Under the pieces are notes generated by a model. It was given only the letters and a program-made list of their open reading frames with translations, searched no databases and was not told where the DNA came from. Below, in pieces: positions 13,143 through 26,559 of a stretch of 64,000 bases of DNA; position 1 is the stretch's first letter; every line of letters begins with the position of its first letter. This DNA is from Ptychomitrium polyphyllum (lineage: Eukaryota): assembly GCA_973851085.1 (NCBI GenBank), contig OZ316775.1, forward strand, positions 4,650,001 to 4,714,000, given 5' to 3'. The translations under genes and the position numbers were made by a program.

Positions 13143-14261
13143 GGTCTCCCTTAGGTTACTCCAAGTACTCTACATAATCTTCTCTGCATGGTCTCTCTCT
13201 ATTGGTACACAAACTCGTGCAGTGACCCTCCTCCTGCCACTCTAGTGGCTGCTGCTGATGCTTAAATCCATTATTTCGTTTGAGCTTCACCTTTATTCCT
13301 TTCATCAGGATCATCTCCTGTATCCATCAACCCTGAAGAAGCAATGTAAGCCCATTGAATCAGCACTCTCACTGTCAAGTATCATATCAGGCTTACATTT
13401 AATACTAGACACATGAATTAAGGCAAGCAAGTGAACCCCAGTCAAAGCCATGGCCATAGCCAGAGCAGAGTTTCACGCAAGATAGAATCTCGTTAGGGCT
13501 TCTCAGATCACCCTTCGGCAAATTTCACGCTTGCCTTGTCAACAACAAAGCCGCCACATGAGTAGCACCGAGAACTAGGCGACAGAGAAGAGTAGATTGG
13601 CTACTATGAACCTCAGAAACAATTATCTAGCACACCCCAGATTCTCAAATGCTGGTGAAACCTGGATGATTCACATACAAAGTTGCAAACCACTCATAGC
13701 ATTGCATTCATGATCACATTCACCCGAAGTGCACCCGAAATTCAGATTTTCACACGATGTGATCAATCCTGCCAGAATTAGACTAAAAACGCTGTAATGC
13801 TGCAACATAAACTGCTCACGAGCGCCGCCGCCATTACATAAAACATCACCCTAAACTCCAGTGTGCCATGGGTGAAGCCAATCACCTACATGAGTTGGTG
13901 GTCGCTATCACCACTACATGGCAAGTGGATTTGGCGCCAATGCAGAGGCTCTTGAACGATATAATTCCAGCCGACAACCCCGGTTTGCACTCAAGGACCT
14001 CGGTGCTCTTGTCTGTACGCATCCCCCAGAATATACTTGCAGAATTCATGAGCAAGATGCTGTCAGGGCAGGAGTTAATGGCGCTGACGATATGAAATTA
14101 CAGCGTTGGTTGCAAATTTAGCGGAGCAGGATGAATCAGAGCAGGCAGACGGGGAGAGAGTGGAAGGGATGCGAACCGAGACCATGAAGCTGTCCTCTGG
14201 CCTCCTGGTTCAGCCGCCTGCTCCGTGCGCTGAATGTTTCATGACTCAAGCAGCCCCCAGC

Positions 14262-14290
14262 CCACGGTCACGGTCACGGTCACGATCACC
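14262..14290. repeat. (CACGGT)n hexamer repeat
   Basis: ccacggtcacggtcacggtcacgatcacc. Confidence 0.8.
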
Positions 14291-16462
14291 CACTCTGGAC
14301 GTGTGCTTCCCATGAAACAAACGGATCACCATCTGTGGCATGGACGGCATCTGGTTCTCATTTGTACTCTTCCAACTGCTAGGTTCATGTGACTACTGGT
14401 ATTCTATTAGGAGACACCAACTCCTGGGCACTGCACACTACTTTCCTTGGTTCTGTCGACGGGTTTTTGTTATAGAATAAACGGAATGACGTTATGGTGA
14501 TTGAAAGCAAACTGAAAATATCGTGAACGATGAAGACACTGACATATTCACGTAATCCTTTGCATAACATCGTTAAGCGCTCCTTGGTGTGTACACCTTG
14601 GAATTGAGTTCAGGATGCTGATTCCATGCAAAATTGTGTTTCAAGGTTGTGGAAGACAAAGTGGGTATGTGGTGGTCCAAAATCGAATGTAAGCTAAGAC
14701 CTTATATAATGTACTGAGATCCCATGTATATCCAATGTGTTGTTATTCTCTTACAATCTTCACAATGTGAGTTCTCACTAGCAGAGGCTTACACCTTCTC
14801 GTAGAAGAAATTAGAAGATGGATGACAAGATGAATTGCTTACATACATGGAAGTAGTCAAACTATCTATTTTCATTAATTGTACGGTCTTGAAATGGCAA
14901 TTTAAAAGCTTGTCTACAATGAAAGATTTTTTATTTTGATTATTTAAATTGTTTCCTATAGACAATCTATTGCCTAAAATATCCTCATTTTGAATTGAAT
15001 TTTTTGTTTCTTCCAACTTTTATGAAAAAAATGTAAACTAATACTAAGAATGTTATATACAAGGTAGTGAACATAACAAGCCATGCTACTAGTAGATAGT
15101 AGGCAAGATACATGTACTTTATAGATGAAGTAGTCTACTCAAAAAATCAATGCAATAAATTTATAAGTGATTCAAAACACTTATATTTGTTAAATTAAAG
15201 GGATTTTCTTTATCCTTATATACTAAGAGATCATACAAACTCCATAAATAGAATTCTAAAAAACTATATTGAGGAGATGAAGAGATGGATTCAACCAAGA
15301 TGGACGTATCCAACTCCAAAGCATTCATAAGAGTATCATTCAAAACATTCATAAGAGTATCATCCAAAGCTATCTTGTTATGAGAATTCTGTGGCGTATG
15401 CTGCACTGGCTAATCCCATGATCCTATCAGGATAGTCTACATGAATATGCATGCAGAAATGCAGGGGTGCGAATTGCTGGAGCTAATAATGTTATGTTGC
15501 CGAACTAGATGAAATGCACAAAATTCTACAATTCCCAATTTGGTAGATGTGAAATTACATTAAAATCTGCAGCACCACCTGTCCCCAAGCGGTAGTCCCC
15601 AGTAGTGTGTCAACCTAAAGACAATTCTGCACACATGTTCCCTGATGCTACTTCTTCTAAATTAATATCAGAGGATGATTAGATGATGATGATCACGACA
15701 GTCTACTGTATCTTAGTAACCGTACCATCTCATTTCATTACATTCTGGCAGTGTCTACTGTGACTACAGAAATCTATTTCCTACAGATAAGCATTCACAA
15801 AATGAGGGCTATGAAGTTGCTATCAACCTTGTGTTTACAATATAAGTCAAACACTTTCGTGTGACAATCAACTCTAGCTAAAGTTACAATCTAGCATTCA
15901 TCCTACAACACTCTAATGTAAGACGATCTTTGAAACATGAACTTTTCAAACATGAAGCGGATGCAAATTTCTGATTGGTAGACTCAGCACATAGCACTTC
16001 TCTGGATATGACAAAACACAAGTAGTAGGTTTGCCCCAATTTCACTACTCAACAGAAAAGATAATGTCAAATCTTAGCACCATTTTGAACGGTAAGTTAT
16101 AATCATAGCTCCGTTGAACTTATTAGGATACACAATCTCATACCGAAGAAAGTGCAGGAAAATGCTCCAAAAACTTTAGCAAAGAGCCTTTTTATTACAA
16201 ATATATGTTACAAGTCAGTAGCACAAGATCCTCGTGCCAATTACTACCTCCAACTGTACTGAGACAAGCAGTCTCCCAAAATGTCCCTGGACTAAATTTC
16301 GATCTTGAACTACCACAAATGGCATGTGCAGATCATTCAAGGAGTTGCCACAAGGTGGCACTCCAACCTCAGCTGAGCATGATGAACTTTGAATTAAAGA
16401 AACAGGAAGAAGAAAAAGAAAAGAACTACCAGACGAGGACATGTACAAGACTGTATCGGCAC

Positions 16463-17812
16463 TTAGACGTGAGTAGGGTGGGCAGGGTTGGGTACATGGC
16501 CAACAGGAATCTTCATGTCGGTGTGATGGCCGTAATCGACGTGGTGCTCGTGGTTATGGACGGGGATGTTTGGATCACGGGCATCGTGATTGTGGCCGCG
16601 GCCGCCCATACCAATTCCAGCACCAGTTCCGGCAGCTGCTCCACTTCCCATCCTTCCGAAGCCGGCGTGGAGGGAGAGGAGATACAGAAGCTCAAACAGG
16701 GCCAAGATGATGATGAAGGCTTCCACAATTTTCTGCAGAGTACACAGAGAACACTCACAAGTGAGAAAGGAGACAATAAAGGTTCACTAGTATAAAGTTT
16801 AATTCGATGCAAAATCTTCTAAACCTACTTTTAAGGTGCCAGAGTACTAGCACTCCCAACTCCTTATTTACTGTCCATTACTAACGTTTTACAAACGTTT
16901 TCAGTTTTCAGAAATTAAGAGAAGCTCTAAGCGATGTTGACAGAGCATAGGAGTGGAGATAGCTGGGGAGTGCAATTACCAATCTTCTTGGGCGGTTGCC
17001 ACCAGTGTGAATCTGCTTGCAAGCAAGTCTGCAAGTATACAAATTTAGAGGGTCAGTGCAGGGTTAAGACAAGCTTAGCTCGCACCCCTTAGCCGTACAT
17101 GCTATCAGGAGCAGAAAACAAGCATTTTTAACACTTACGCACTGGCAAGCTGGTAACCGCAACCAACTTCTCGTAACCAGCACATACCATTGTACAAGAA
17201 AACACTTAAAACAAAAGAAACGAAACATCCGAAGAAACAAACCTCCTACTTAACATATGACCTCCCCTAAAATTTCAAGGTGAGGAAGGTGAAGAAGCAG
17301 TAGTACCCCATGGCAAGAAGAACAAGGAGCCATGCAATCAACGAGGCAGCAGCGGCGGCAGCAAGAGAGTCACTCCTGAACAGACGCATATGATGCACCC
17401 CAGCCAGGACTGATGCCAGTCCCACCATACAAGCGATAAGTGTAATCGGCAAGAAGAAATTCTGTGTGACACCGTTACCTGCACATAACCAACCCATTCA
17501 ACTCACATAAGCGCTAGACTTTCCCGCAGAATACCCACTGTAACATCAGATTAAATATCACCTCAACCCCAGCTCCACACCCACAGTGCTAACAACCAAA
17601 ACCCACTCCATCAGCTTCCTAAGCCCTGAATAACCTCAGAAGTAGAGCCCATCCATGCACGACATACCCACAGCTCCTTCACCCCGACCCAGAGGCGCAT
17701 CGAAGTTCCTGTTCAACGCCCATCCTGCCAAAATAGCGGCAACCAGGTACAAGCAGAAGTTGATCACCAAGAGCGGCGTGGCCAGCCCGCGTCCTAAGCC
17801 CGCACCCGCCAT
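16463..17812 (-). CDS. AWPM-19-like (ABA-induced plasma membrane) protein. Exons 17812-17668, 17478-17307, 17028-16980, 16732-16463
   Basis: LATPLLVINFCLYLVAAILAGWALN...GNGVTQNFFLPITLIACMVGLASVLAGVHH...SDSLAAAAAASLIAWLLVLLAMGLACKQIHTGG-RPRRLKIVEAFIIIL carries the AWPM-19 family signatures. All introns are canonical and in phase. Confidence 0.92.
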
Positions 17813-17949
17813 CGTCACCAAGCTTTCGCCGCAGTTACCACTTGAAAGACTCAATTTTTTTTGAGTTCGATCACTGGAGACGGGTTCGATCAAATCAGAC
17901 AGGAATGCTGCATGGACTGACGCGCTGCGCCCTGTAACGACAGCACCGA

Positions 17950-18355
17950 CGAGGTTATAAGCGCAGGCACGACAGCACAGACCTTCGACCACGCACGGTC
18001 CCATGACCCGGCGCTCTCGCCACGTTGGCGCGGCAGGGGTGGCATGGCGCAGCGGTCCCGGAAAAGATCGCCGGCGTGCGTCTTCGCTGCCACGTGGGCA
18101 ACAGTCGGACTTCGCTTGTGCGTCGCACATGGCGTCGAGCCGGCGTCGGGGCCCCGACTCCGCGAAGACGGGGTCTTCGTCTCGCTTTCCGGACATGGGC
18201 CGTAGACTTGGGCTCTCGGGGCTCTATCTGCACTCTCATTTTCCACCACATTCCTTTGTCTCGTTCTTGTGCTTTTAGGGCTTCTCGGAATGGTCCTTTT
18301 AATATTCCAGGAAAACAGTTGCTTGTTGGATGTGCCGTGGTGCGACACGTGGCTG
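17950..18355 (-). promoter_or_regulatory. AWPM-19 promoter with TATA box and ABRE/G-box elements
   Basis: TTATAA at ~17955, GCCACGTGG at ~18088, GACACGTGGC at ~18344, CCACGT at ~18020. GC-rich. Confidence 0.6.
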
Positions 18356-20745
18356 TTTCTCTTTGGTGGAATCGAGGACCGTAGTGAACTGAAAGATGCT
18401 TTGAATAGACTCCTTGGATAAAACTAACTTCTGTTATTCAAGGGAAGGTAGGCCCATGGTTGCCTCCCACCCCATATGGACCTGTTAAATTTTGGACTTC
18501 ACACTTTGTGTTCAAGTACAGTGAGCAGGTTATTGCATAAAATGTATGTGTATGATAGTGTTTGAATTGTGCCTTAATATGTACTGTTTGCTTGAGCTAA
18601 ACTGTTGGTTTGATTTCGAGGCTGTAAACCCTTGGTTCTTGAGACTTGAGAGGGGACTACTTTTTAAGCCAATGATGAAGCAGTGTACATTGATAACCTC
18701 ATTTCATTTTAACAAATGAAACAACATTGATGCAAGTCTGAGGTGTATTAGAGTTGTGCATTGAATGTATTGTATGTTTGTGAAGGAGGGGGTACTTGGC
18801 ATAAATTCAACTGTTTTTTTGTGGTGAACATGCTAAGGCTGTGGGTGTTGGCTATTCAAGTGGTATGTCTGTCAGGGACCAACTCATGGTTTTTCCTGAG
18901 AGTGTGAGATACCGTTGAACTTTTGACCTATGTGGTAGGATAAGTTGTATCATGTTGCCCCTCAAGTAGTACTAATCTCAACTTATGGTAGTTCACGCAT
19001 TTATCAGCTTTTCTACCTGCTACCTCTTTGGGCTTTCTATTTTAAATACAATCACAGAAAGGTGGCAGTGCGGTTTCTTACCTTGGCTTGTTGTAATTGC
19101 ATGACACCCATTCAATTTAAGAAAATGGCAACAGGGGCTCCGGAGTATCAGTACCTACATTTCATCAGCTGCGGAAGCTCATGCCTCAGCCCCTCTATAA
19201 CTTGATGGGTGCTCATAGTTTGATCCCCAATGGAGAACCTTGTTAACCCATGTAGAAATACTGAGATCCACAGACAACCATTCCTGCACTAGTTATCCAT
19301 ACAATTCTAGTCATGGACACAGATCCAGTTTGATTATGAAATCCAGATGCTGTAAATGTTGCAACATGATCAAAAATCAAGATATTGATATGTTACTGCA
19401 GCTTTGGTTCACAGGATAATGTCTGACAGTGCATAACCCAGGTCTCCAACTGGCGGTACAAGTAGAGACAATGTGTGTTAAAGATACGGCTTTTTCTTTT
19501 CTTTTTTTAATATGAAAGTTAATAAATAAAAAAAATATATACTATATTATATATTTTTATATATAAAACTCAAGTCATTCTTATATAATATAGTATTAAA
19601 AAACACCTCGTTAATACATATGGTTACATAAAATTAGATAAATTTGGAACCGGTGGTGTTGAGTTTTATTGAAATGAAAAAAATGAACACTAAAAAAAGT
19701 TGTGCCAGAAGTAATGAATTTTTAGGTGATTAGCTCAATGAAGTTGGGCCTACCGTTTTGTATTTTGTTTCTTTTAGTGTGGCTTTCTAACTTTTTGACA
19801 TGAAACTACCGTATTTCACTAAAGGTGAGTATTTAACCACTTATATTTATGAAGGTTTTACACATGAATACTATCAACACCTAAACTTGTGATAAAAATG
19901 TGCATTGTCATTAAAACATGCTAACCTCATTTCACAGGATAAAGAGTTGGCGTGTTCGAAGTCTTGACGATGACAGTGGGCAGCAGGGGCAAATCCAAAG
20001 AAGATCAAAGAATAGTCAGCCAAACTAAGGACTTTTTGAGATCACATGTATCATGAATAATGTGGCACTTCCAGAAGCTTAACAGGTGGCGCCCAAGTGG
20101 TGGTGCAAAGAGCTGGTGGGAAGGTAAACATGCAAGAATCAACATATTTTTCGGCACGAGAAATACTTGAAATTTGAACTTTCAAGAGTAGGATTATACT
20201 TTGTTGAAAGGAAAAGAGTTTTCATACAAAAAATGTGACAGCTGGCAACTACAAGTTCCCAGACTACAAACTGAAAATAAGTGACCAAGTCTGCAATTAA
20301 ACAGATGGTGATTGATCATGAGCCAACTTTGGAGTTTCGATATTCCAACCAACTCTTTGCAATACCAAGTGGGTGTGTCCTCAGAGTTTTATCTTAATTG
20401 CATTTTTCTCACTGCAGAATACTTTTGGTTTTGTGATTTGACCTGGGTCATTTGATATAGCAGTAACTAAAGTTCTTTCTAATTCGTCAAGAGGCCAAAC
20501 ACTCAATGGATAGACAGCCTGCTGCCACAGTTCATACAACAACACTTACAGCTTCTGAAGAGGCAACTAAATCATACTAAAACAGTAAACAATTACCAAA
20601 TTCAAAAACACACTATTCACAGTTGCATCGCCAGTGATTCAAACTGAAACAGTAGTCTTCTTCCATTCATATCTCTGGTTTGTATTGTACAACTTCACTG
20701 TTTTCACAGAACTAAAGATTTGAAGTCATCTTTATAACCATAAGA

Positions 20746-21699
20746 CTACATAACAGGTGCGAAAAATATTTTCGCAATAGAGCTCACTCCTGCTCCGTAC
20801 GGCCTCCTAGAATCTTCCATTTCGGTGTTATGATCTGAAATCCTTGTGTTTGTAGCCCGGTAGATGGAACTCAATAATCTCAATGAGAGATAGGACATCA
20901 CGTAAGGAGCAAGGATTACCACAATATGTGAGGGCGCATGCCTCCCTGTTGATCTGCTTGGCCGCATCCCTGCTGACATATAACCCAAAGAAATATCGTA
21001 AGATAAGAGCTCTACCTAAACATCAGCAGCCTCTTAACGAAATAGCAGTAGGATTTCCAAATCCTAACACAGCACAATCATAATAGACTTGCAAAAAATG
21101 AAGGCTATCGACATCTGCTATTAGGGTCTCACCACCCTATGTTAGACTATCGTCCTCACCACCCCTGTCGGAAAGAAACAGATCAGAATGATTAACCTAA
21201 AATCAAGGGTGGTTTTAGCTGCATAACTCGTTGCAAAGAGTATCAATTAATCTCAAGCAACCAAAGATGTTTGACTTCTCTACGAAGCCCAGCCAGACCA
21301 TCATTTAAGCTACAAATGTGAGGGGCAAGAATTGACTGAACTCTGTTCTTGCTCACGTGGAATCTACTTCCCAGTTAAGTTTCGTGACAGAACCATTACC
21401 AACTCTCACTCAAAGCGGTTACCCTAAATTTCTCATTCCGACCTCAAGGAAGATAAGCTTGCAGCTCATGTGCAGTTAAAAAGAGACCCCTGCTCATGGC
21501 TGCTGAGGACCTCTAAAAGCTTGAAGTGGACTATGGACTTCCCGGGCCCTCGATTGAAAGGGCAAGAGCGGCACAGACTGGACAACGTTCCTCCGTATAA
21601 GAAGTTCCTGCTCAGCACCCACCCTGCCAACATGGCAACCACAATATACAAGCACAAGTTGATCATGACCATGACTTTCTCAGCTACCCCAAACGCCAT
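20746..21699 (-). pseudogene. Degenerate tandem AWPM-19 paralogue
   Basis: Exon 1 (MAFGVAEKVMVMINLCLYIVVAMLAGWVLSRNF) matches exon 1 of the neighbouring AWPM-19. Near 20965-20920, AAKQIN/GGMRPHIL matches ACKQIHTGGNRPRRL only with a frameshift. I found no exon-2 equivalent. Confidence 0.6.
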
Positions 21700-24600
21700 C
21701 GCTGCAATTGATTCCAATTCTAGAAGCTAAGTTAATTTACAACAGAGTGTTTAATGGAGCTGTAACAAGCAAAGCTTGTTTCTTGATGTAGTAATGCACT
21801 ATTATAGTGCCGCACCAATTATGTGGGTTTAAAGGAAAAGTGCTAAACCACAATCATAGTTGCTGGCCCTTGGGGAGCCTTAAGGTGAATTGCCAATGAG
21901 GGATTGCCATGATCGAACAACGCTGCTCAGCAGGTGTCAATGTTGTTCATACTTTTATGGGTACTTCTCTATAGTCGGTAATGCAATGGTAACTTATCAT
22001 TGTTAACTTTTAATAAATTTTCCTGCGTTGAAGACATAAACAATGCATTAGTTTTAACTTACAATATATATACAAGCCACCTTTGTTTACTGAGTTCATT
22101 ATTAGACAAGTGTCGACCAGTCCCAGGAACAGGAAATGAATTCAGGATGCCCTCTGATTCATCTATTTTGGGTCATATACGTCAGTGCCATGACGGCAAC
22201 ATGTAGCCGCTCTCGAAATTTGCCTTGAATAGTATAGATCCGTACCAAGTACTGCCACATCGATATAACTTTGTGGAGTGATCGAAAGCGTGCTCGAAAA
22301 ACTGGGATGGAAGGCAACACAGAGCTTCGCAACCACGCGGCTCGATCGTAACTCATGCTACCTATTTTTAAACAAATTGTTACAGATACACTGGCCTGTA
22401 CCCGGTATCTGAAACATTTTCTGGGGCACAAATGTACAATAGTACATTTTTTGTTAAAAAATTTTAAATAGAATAATAGCAAAATGCATTCATGAGACTG
22501 TGTACAGAGTATAGGGCTTACAAGAGGTATCTTACTGTTAACGACAGCACAAGCCATCTACTCCTTCTGAAGTGTAGTACAGAAATCCTTCACCACTTGC
22601 ACCACACCCTGCAGCGTAGACGCTGGCAGGCTCTGGTTCGCAAACTGGCCATGTAGGATTGATCGTCATCAGTCACAGGACTAAGGAAATGTTTTGACTT
22701 ATCTAAATAGTAAGGTTGACCATCGTGTTTCTAACAGAATTTCGAGATCGGTTTCATAGACCATTGGTTAAAACCGCTTGCTCGAAGGACTGCGGAATGT
22801 AATCTGTACCATCAAAGGGTGGACAGGCAGCGCGGACATGGCCCGAACAAATCTGTTTTTCAGAGTGTTGTATCTAACAATATCATCAAATGGACTAAGA
22901 ATTAATATCCATGTTTTGTAGGCAGTTGTTGCTCAGTGTTGATTCGTACTTTGCTTGTTTGAAAGGCTCCGCAGGAGAATCTGAAGAACGTAAATAGGGC
23001 AAGTACGATTTTGGCGGACAAGGACGTGAATGCTGTGTTTTCTTTCTAATGGTCTAGACGCTGATTTTATGGTTGTTATTGTACAGTAGCCGTGTTGCAG
23101 TCCAGAATGATGGTGTAGGTATCAATGAGTGAGGATCAAGCTATTGCTGCTTGTAAAGCTGTCGTGAGACAAGAGACCGATGGTATGGCTGTAATGTGGC
23201 AGTGCGGACATGGCCTGAAATAATCTTAATGCAATCAACCATGATCACCCGTCCCCGGCCTGTATTACCAAACTTAAGCAGAAGTCGTCCTGCTATGGAT
23301 TTGTCGTTAACTCTAAAATGAAATTAAACCTATTATAGCTCTCAAAAGATCAGAGATAAAATTAAATTCAGAACACACACAACAGCGCTGCTTCTAACTT
23401 TTGCAGCGGTATTCATTCCAATCAGATGGTCTTTCCAAAGAGGTCAGCGATGACTGTAGAGAGAGGTGAGAGAAAAGTTAGAATCGGTAACGCACTTCCC
23501 ACAAATTCTGCGATGGTTTCAGACATAACGTAGCATCAAGATATACCTATCGAGCTTGTAAATTCTCCCAGTCTCTGCTCAGCCGCGAATCAATATCACA
23601 TGCAGAAAGCATTCACGTGTCTGACTAAACGGCAGTAAAAGGACTTCCAATTGAGTGGCACGATCTATGTTTAAATAAATCGAGGCTAGAAATTGCAAAC
23701 CCTAACACTAGTCGTTAACTACAGCTTCTGCAAAAGGGAGAAGCAAGCACCATCATCCGAAACGAACACAGAACATGTCAGCTGCTGGGTCTTAACCTTC
23801 TGTCACTAGACAAAAAAATTCGCATATTCATGGGATGATTCGCTAAAGGAACACAAAAAATATACCCAACTGGAACATTTCATGATTACAACTGATAATA
23901 GCTGCATTAAACACAAAGACGACTTTATCAAAAGTTTAATCGTTCCAATATACCGCGTCTACAAGGGACCGAAATATAACCTCACGATGTTTCACCACGC
24001 TACAATGCTACTAATATAAGCGAAGCTGAATCAACTTCTTCACCTACACAGCTTCAGACATCAACCTCCCTAACTCAGCATGATTCATGGAAAGATGACT
24101 TCACCGATCAGAAAATGCGACGTAAAAATATGTTCCCAATGCAATAGCATTATATAAAACATGCTCATGTGACACAATTGAAGTGGTTACAGGCAAGACT
24201 AGCACGAAGGCAGGATGACCAATTAGAAGCTATTACATACCAGACTTGGAAGGTAGGATGATAGAAATGACAATCAGGGTACATCCACAGAAACATGGCT
24301 AAATTGCAGTGAAAGGGATACTTAAACTCAAAAACAGACCAGGAGACTGAAAATAAAGTAAAGGTGAATTCGGCGAATTTGTTATTGCTCTTTCTGCGGA
24401 TGTCAACCAGACAAGTCTCTGGAGGTGCCTCTGCTCCGAGTCCCCAGCCCAAGATGGAAACACAACAGCGCATGATTGATACAGAGAGAATAAAAATACT
24501 CAAAATTATTGGTGGCTATCAAGAAGCTCGACGTTGATGAAATTGCAGTGATCTAAAGACAATGATCGACGGAGGAAGAGTGTCGCTTCTCACGAGTAAC

Positions 24601-24727
24601 ATTCCGCTCTTCGCCAGGGCCCGCTCTAAAATCACTTCTCTTCCCCACCTAGTGTACAGAAACTAAACGCTACCGGCTCTCGCCAAACCAATCAGCGGCC
24701 ACGCACGATGGATGGTCGACGAGTACC

Positions 24728-26016
24728 CTAGATTGTCACTGTGGATCCTGCCACGATCTCCAGGATCTCCCCCGTGATCTTGGCTTGGCGTTGCCTGTTG
24801 TACGAGACGGACAGGGACTTCTTCAGGTCGGCCGCATTGTCGGATGCGTTGTTCATGGCGTTCATTCGGGCGGCCAGCTCGCTGGCGATGGACTCCTGCA
24901 GGGCTCTCAGCAGCTGGCTGTTCAGGTACAGGGGCAGCAACGCATCCAGGATCTGCACGGGCTCCTGCTCGAACGTCAGCACGCCGGTGAATTCCGGGGT
25001 CTCCGTCCTCACCGTCTCCCTCTCCACCGAGAACTTGCCGTCCTTGGTGGTCAGCCTGAACATCTCGTCGTCGGCCGCGTCCACGCACGCTCCGTTCACG
25101 TCGCACACCTCGCCCGCGGGGGACAGGGGCAGCAGGGTGTGGATGATGGGGTCCGCCTTGATGAGCGACACGAACCGGGTGTACAGCAGCTCCACCTTGT
25201 CCACCTCCTCGGACACGAACAGGGAAAACAGCTCGTCGGCGATGGCCTGCGCTTCCTTGGTGGTGGGGGCGTTGCCGGCGTCCAGGAACTTGTCCACTGG
25301 GATCTGAGGCCTCCTCTTGAAGTAACTGTTCCCCTTCTTCCCGATACTCACTACCGTATACTCCACTCCGATGTTGCGGAGCTCCTTCATCCTCTCCTCG
25401 GCCTTCTTCAGCACGTAGTTGTTGAAACCACCGCACAGCCCCCTGTCTCCGGTGATCACCACCAGGGCGATCTTCTTCACCGGCCTCACCTGAACCACTC
25501 GCCCCCAGAGCCACCATCAGAACCCCTCCGACCTCCGCCCCGATTCATCCACACAGAGCCCCAATCCCCGCACACATTCCCCTCCCACACCCCCGATCAC
25601 GCAAAGCCACGGCCACAACCAACAAACACGACGACACTCACATTGGTCAGGGGAATGTCGATGTCCTCGGTAGCCAGCTGCTCGTTGACATTGAACAGCA
25701 CCTTGACGAGATTCTCCGAGAACGGCCGCCCATTGACGACAGCCTCCTGCGCGCGACGCACCTTCGCGGCGGCCACGAGCTTCATGGCGTCGGTGATCTT
25801 CTGCGTGTTCTTCACAGTGGCAATTCGGTCCCGCAGGTCCTTCAACCCAGCGGTGACCACGGAGCTCCCGCGCCCCTCCCGCCTGGCAACGCTCTCCCCG
25901 GCCAGCATGTCCACGGAGCCCACGGGCTCAGCGCCGCGCAGGCCGAGCGAGCGAGCAGACAGCCCCTCGAAGGTGGCCATCTTGAGCGACGAACCGCAGG
26001 CGATGGAGGCCGCCAT
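24728..26016 (-). CDS. atpC: Chloroplast ATP synthase gamma subunit. Exons 26016-25642, 25489-24728
   Basis: Transit peptide, then [44 protein letters not shown], the redox loop CDVNGAC, and [17 protein letters not shown]...[19 protein letters not shown]. Confidence 0.98.
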
Positions 26017-26134
26017 TGCTACGCGAACGCCCCAGCGGAATCTACACTTGGAGCCGGGTGAATTAACGATATTGAGTGCTCTGAGTTTGTAGGGAGCTAG
26101 CTTGGTGGAGAATTCCTTCACATGATGGTGATGG

Positions 26135-26237
26135 CCACGGTCACAGTCACGGTTACTGTCACGGTCACGGTCACGGTCACGGTCACGGTCACGGTTACGG
26201 CCCCGGTCACAGTCACGGTTACTGTCACGGTCACGGT
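26135..26237. repeat. Degenerate (CACGGT)n tandem hexamer array in the atpC 5' leader
   Basis: About 17 units of cacggt/cacagt/tacggt/tactgt, lying between the TATA-like site (~26300) and the ATG. Confidence 0.9.
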
Positions 26238-26559
26238 GGTGTTAGAGGGAATGGGACAGAGGGAGTGATGCTGGGTGGCTGTGGTGGAGATGGCGCCTTA
26301 TTTAGGGGCCGTGCCCATCGAATGGCGTGCTCGGGCGCGGCTTTAGAGCGACAGGTTTTGCAATGGCGTTTTTGCTTGTTTGCATTAGGAGTAGGGACGG
26401 AGATGAGCTGCGTCCTTTTTCCACTACAGTCTGTCGACGATTACAATTTCCGCTGCACGGATGCCGTTACAAACGGTTAAAACTCGCCGTATCGTAGGAA
26501 ACGCATACAGCAGCGGAAAAGACGGGTGCAGTATCAAATTCATGGATCCAAACCAAACT

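Noticed and set aside
15321..15368. 24-bp direct tandem duplication (cattcataagagtatcat.caaa)
   Set aside because: Only two copies in intergenic DNA; ordinary slippage.
16205..16795. 196-aa plus-strand ORF
   Set aside because: Antisense to the last exon and 3' UTR of AWPM-19; low complexity.
17890..18384. Several overlapping 90-190 aa ORFs
   Set aside because: They arise from the GC-rich AWPM-19 promoter and have no protein-like signature.
22821..23226. Short dispersed repeat ggcag.gcggacatggcc.gaa at ~22826 and ~23198
   Set aside because: About 25 bp, two copies, with no associated structure such as TIRs, target-site duplication or ORF.
24785..26092. 435-aa plus-strand ORF, and the 284-aa alternative-frame ORF at 24663-25517
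   Set aside because: Shadow ORFs of the GC3-rich atpC coding sequence, with no independent features.
26135..26237. Possible CRISPR-like array
   Set aside because: A simple hexamer tandem repeat without unique spacers, in a eukaryotic context.
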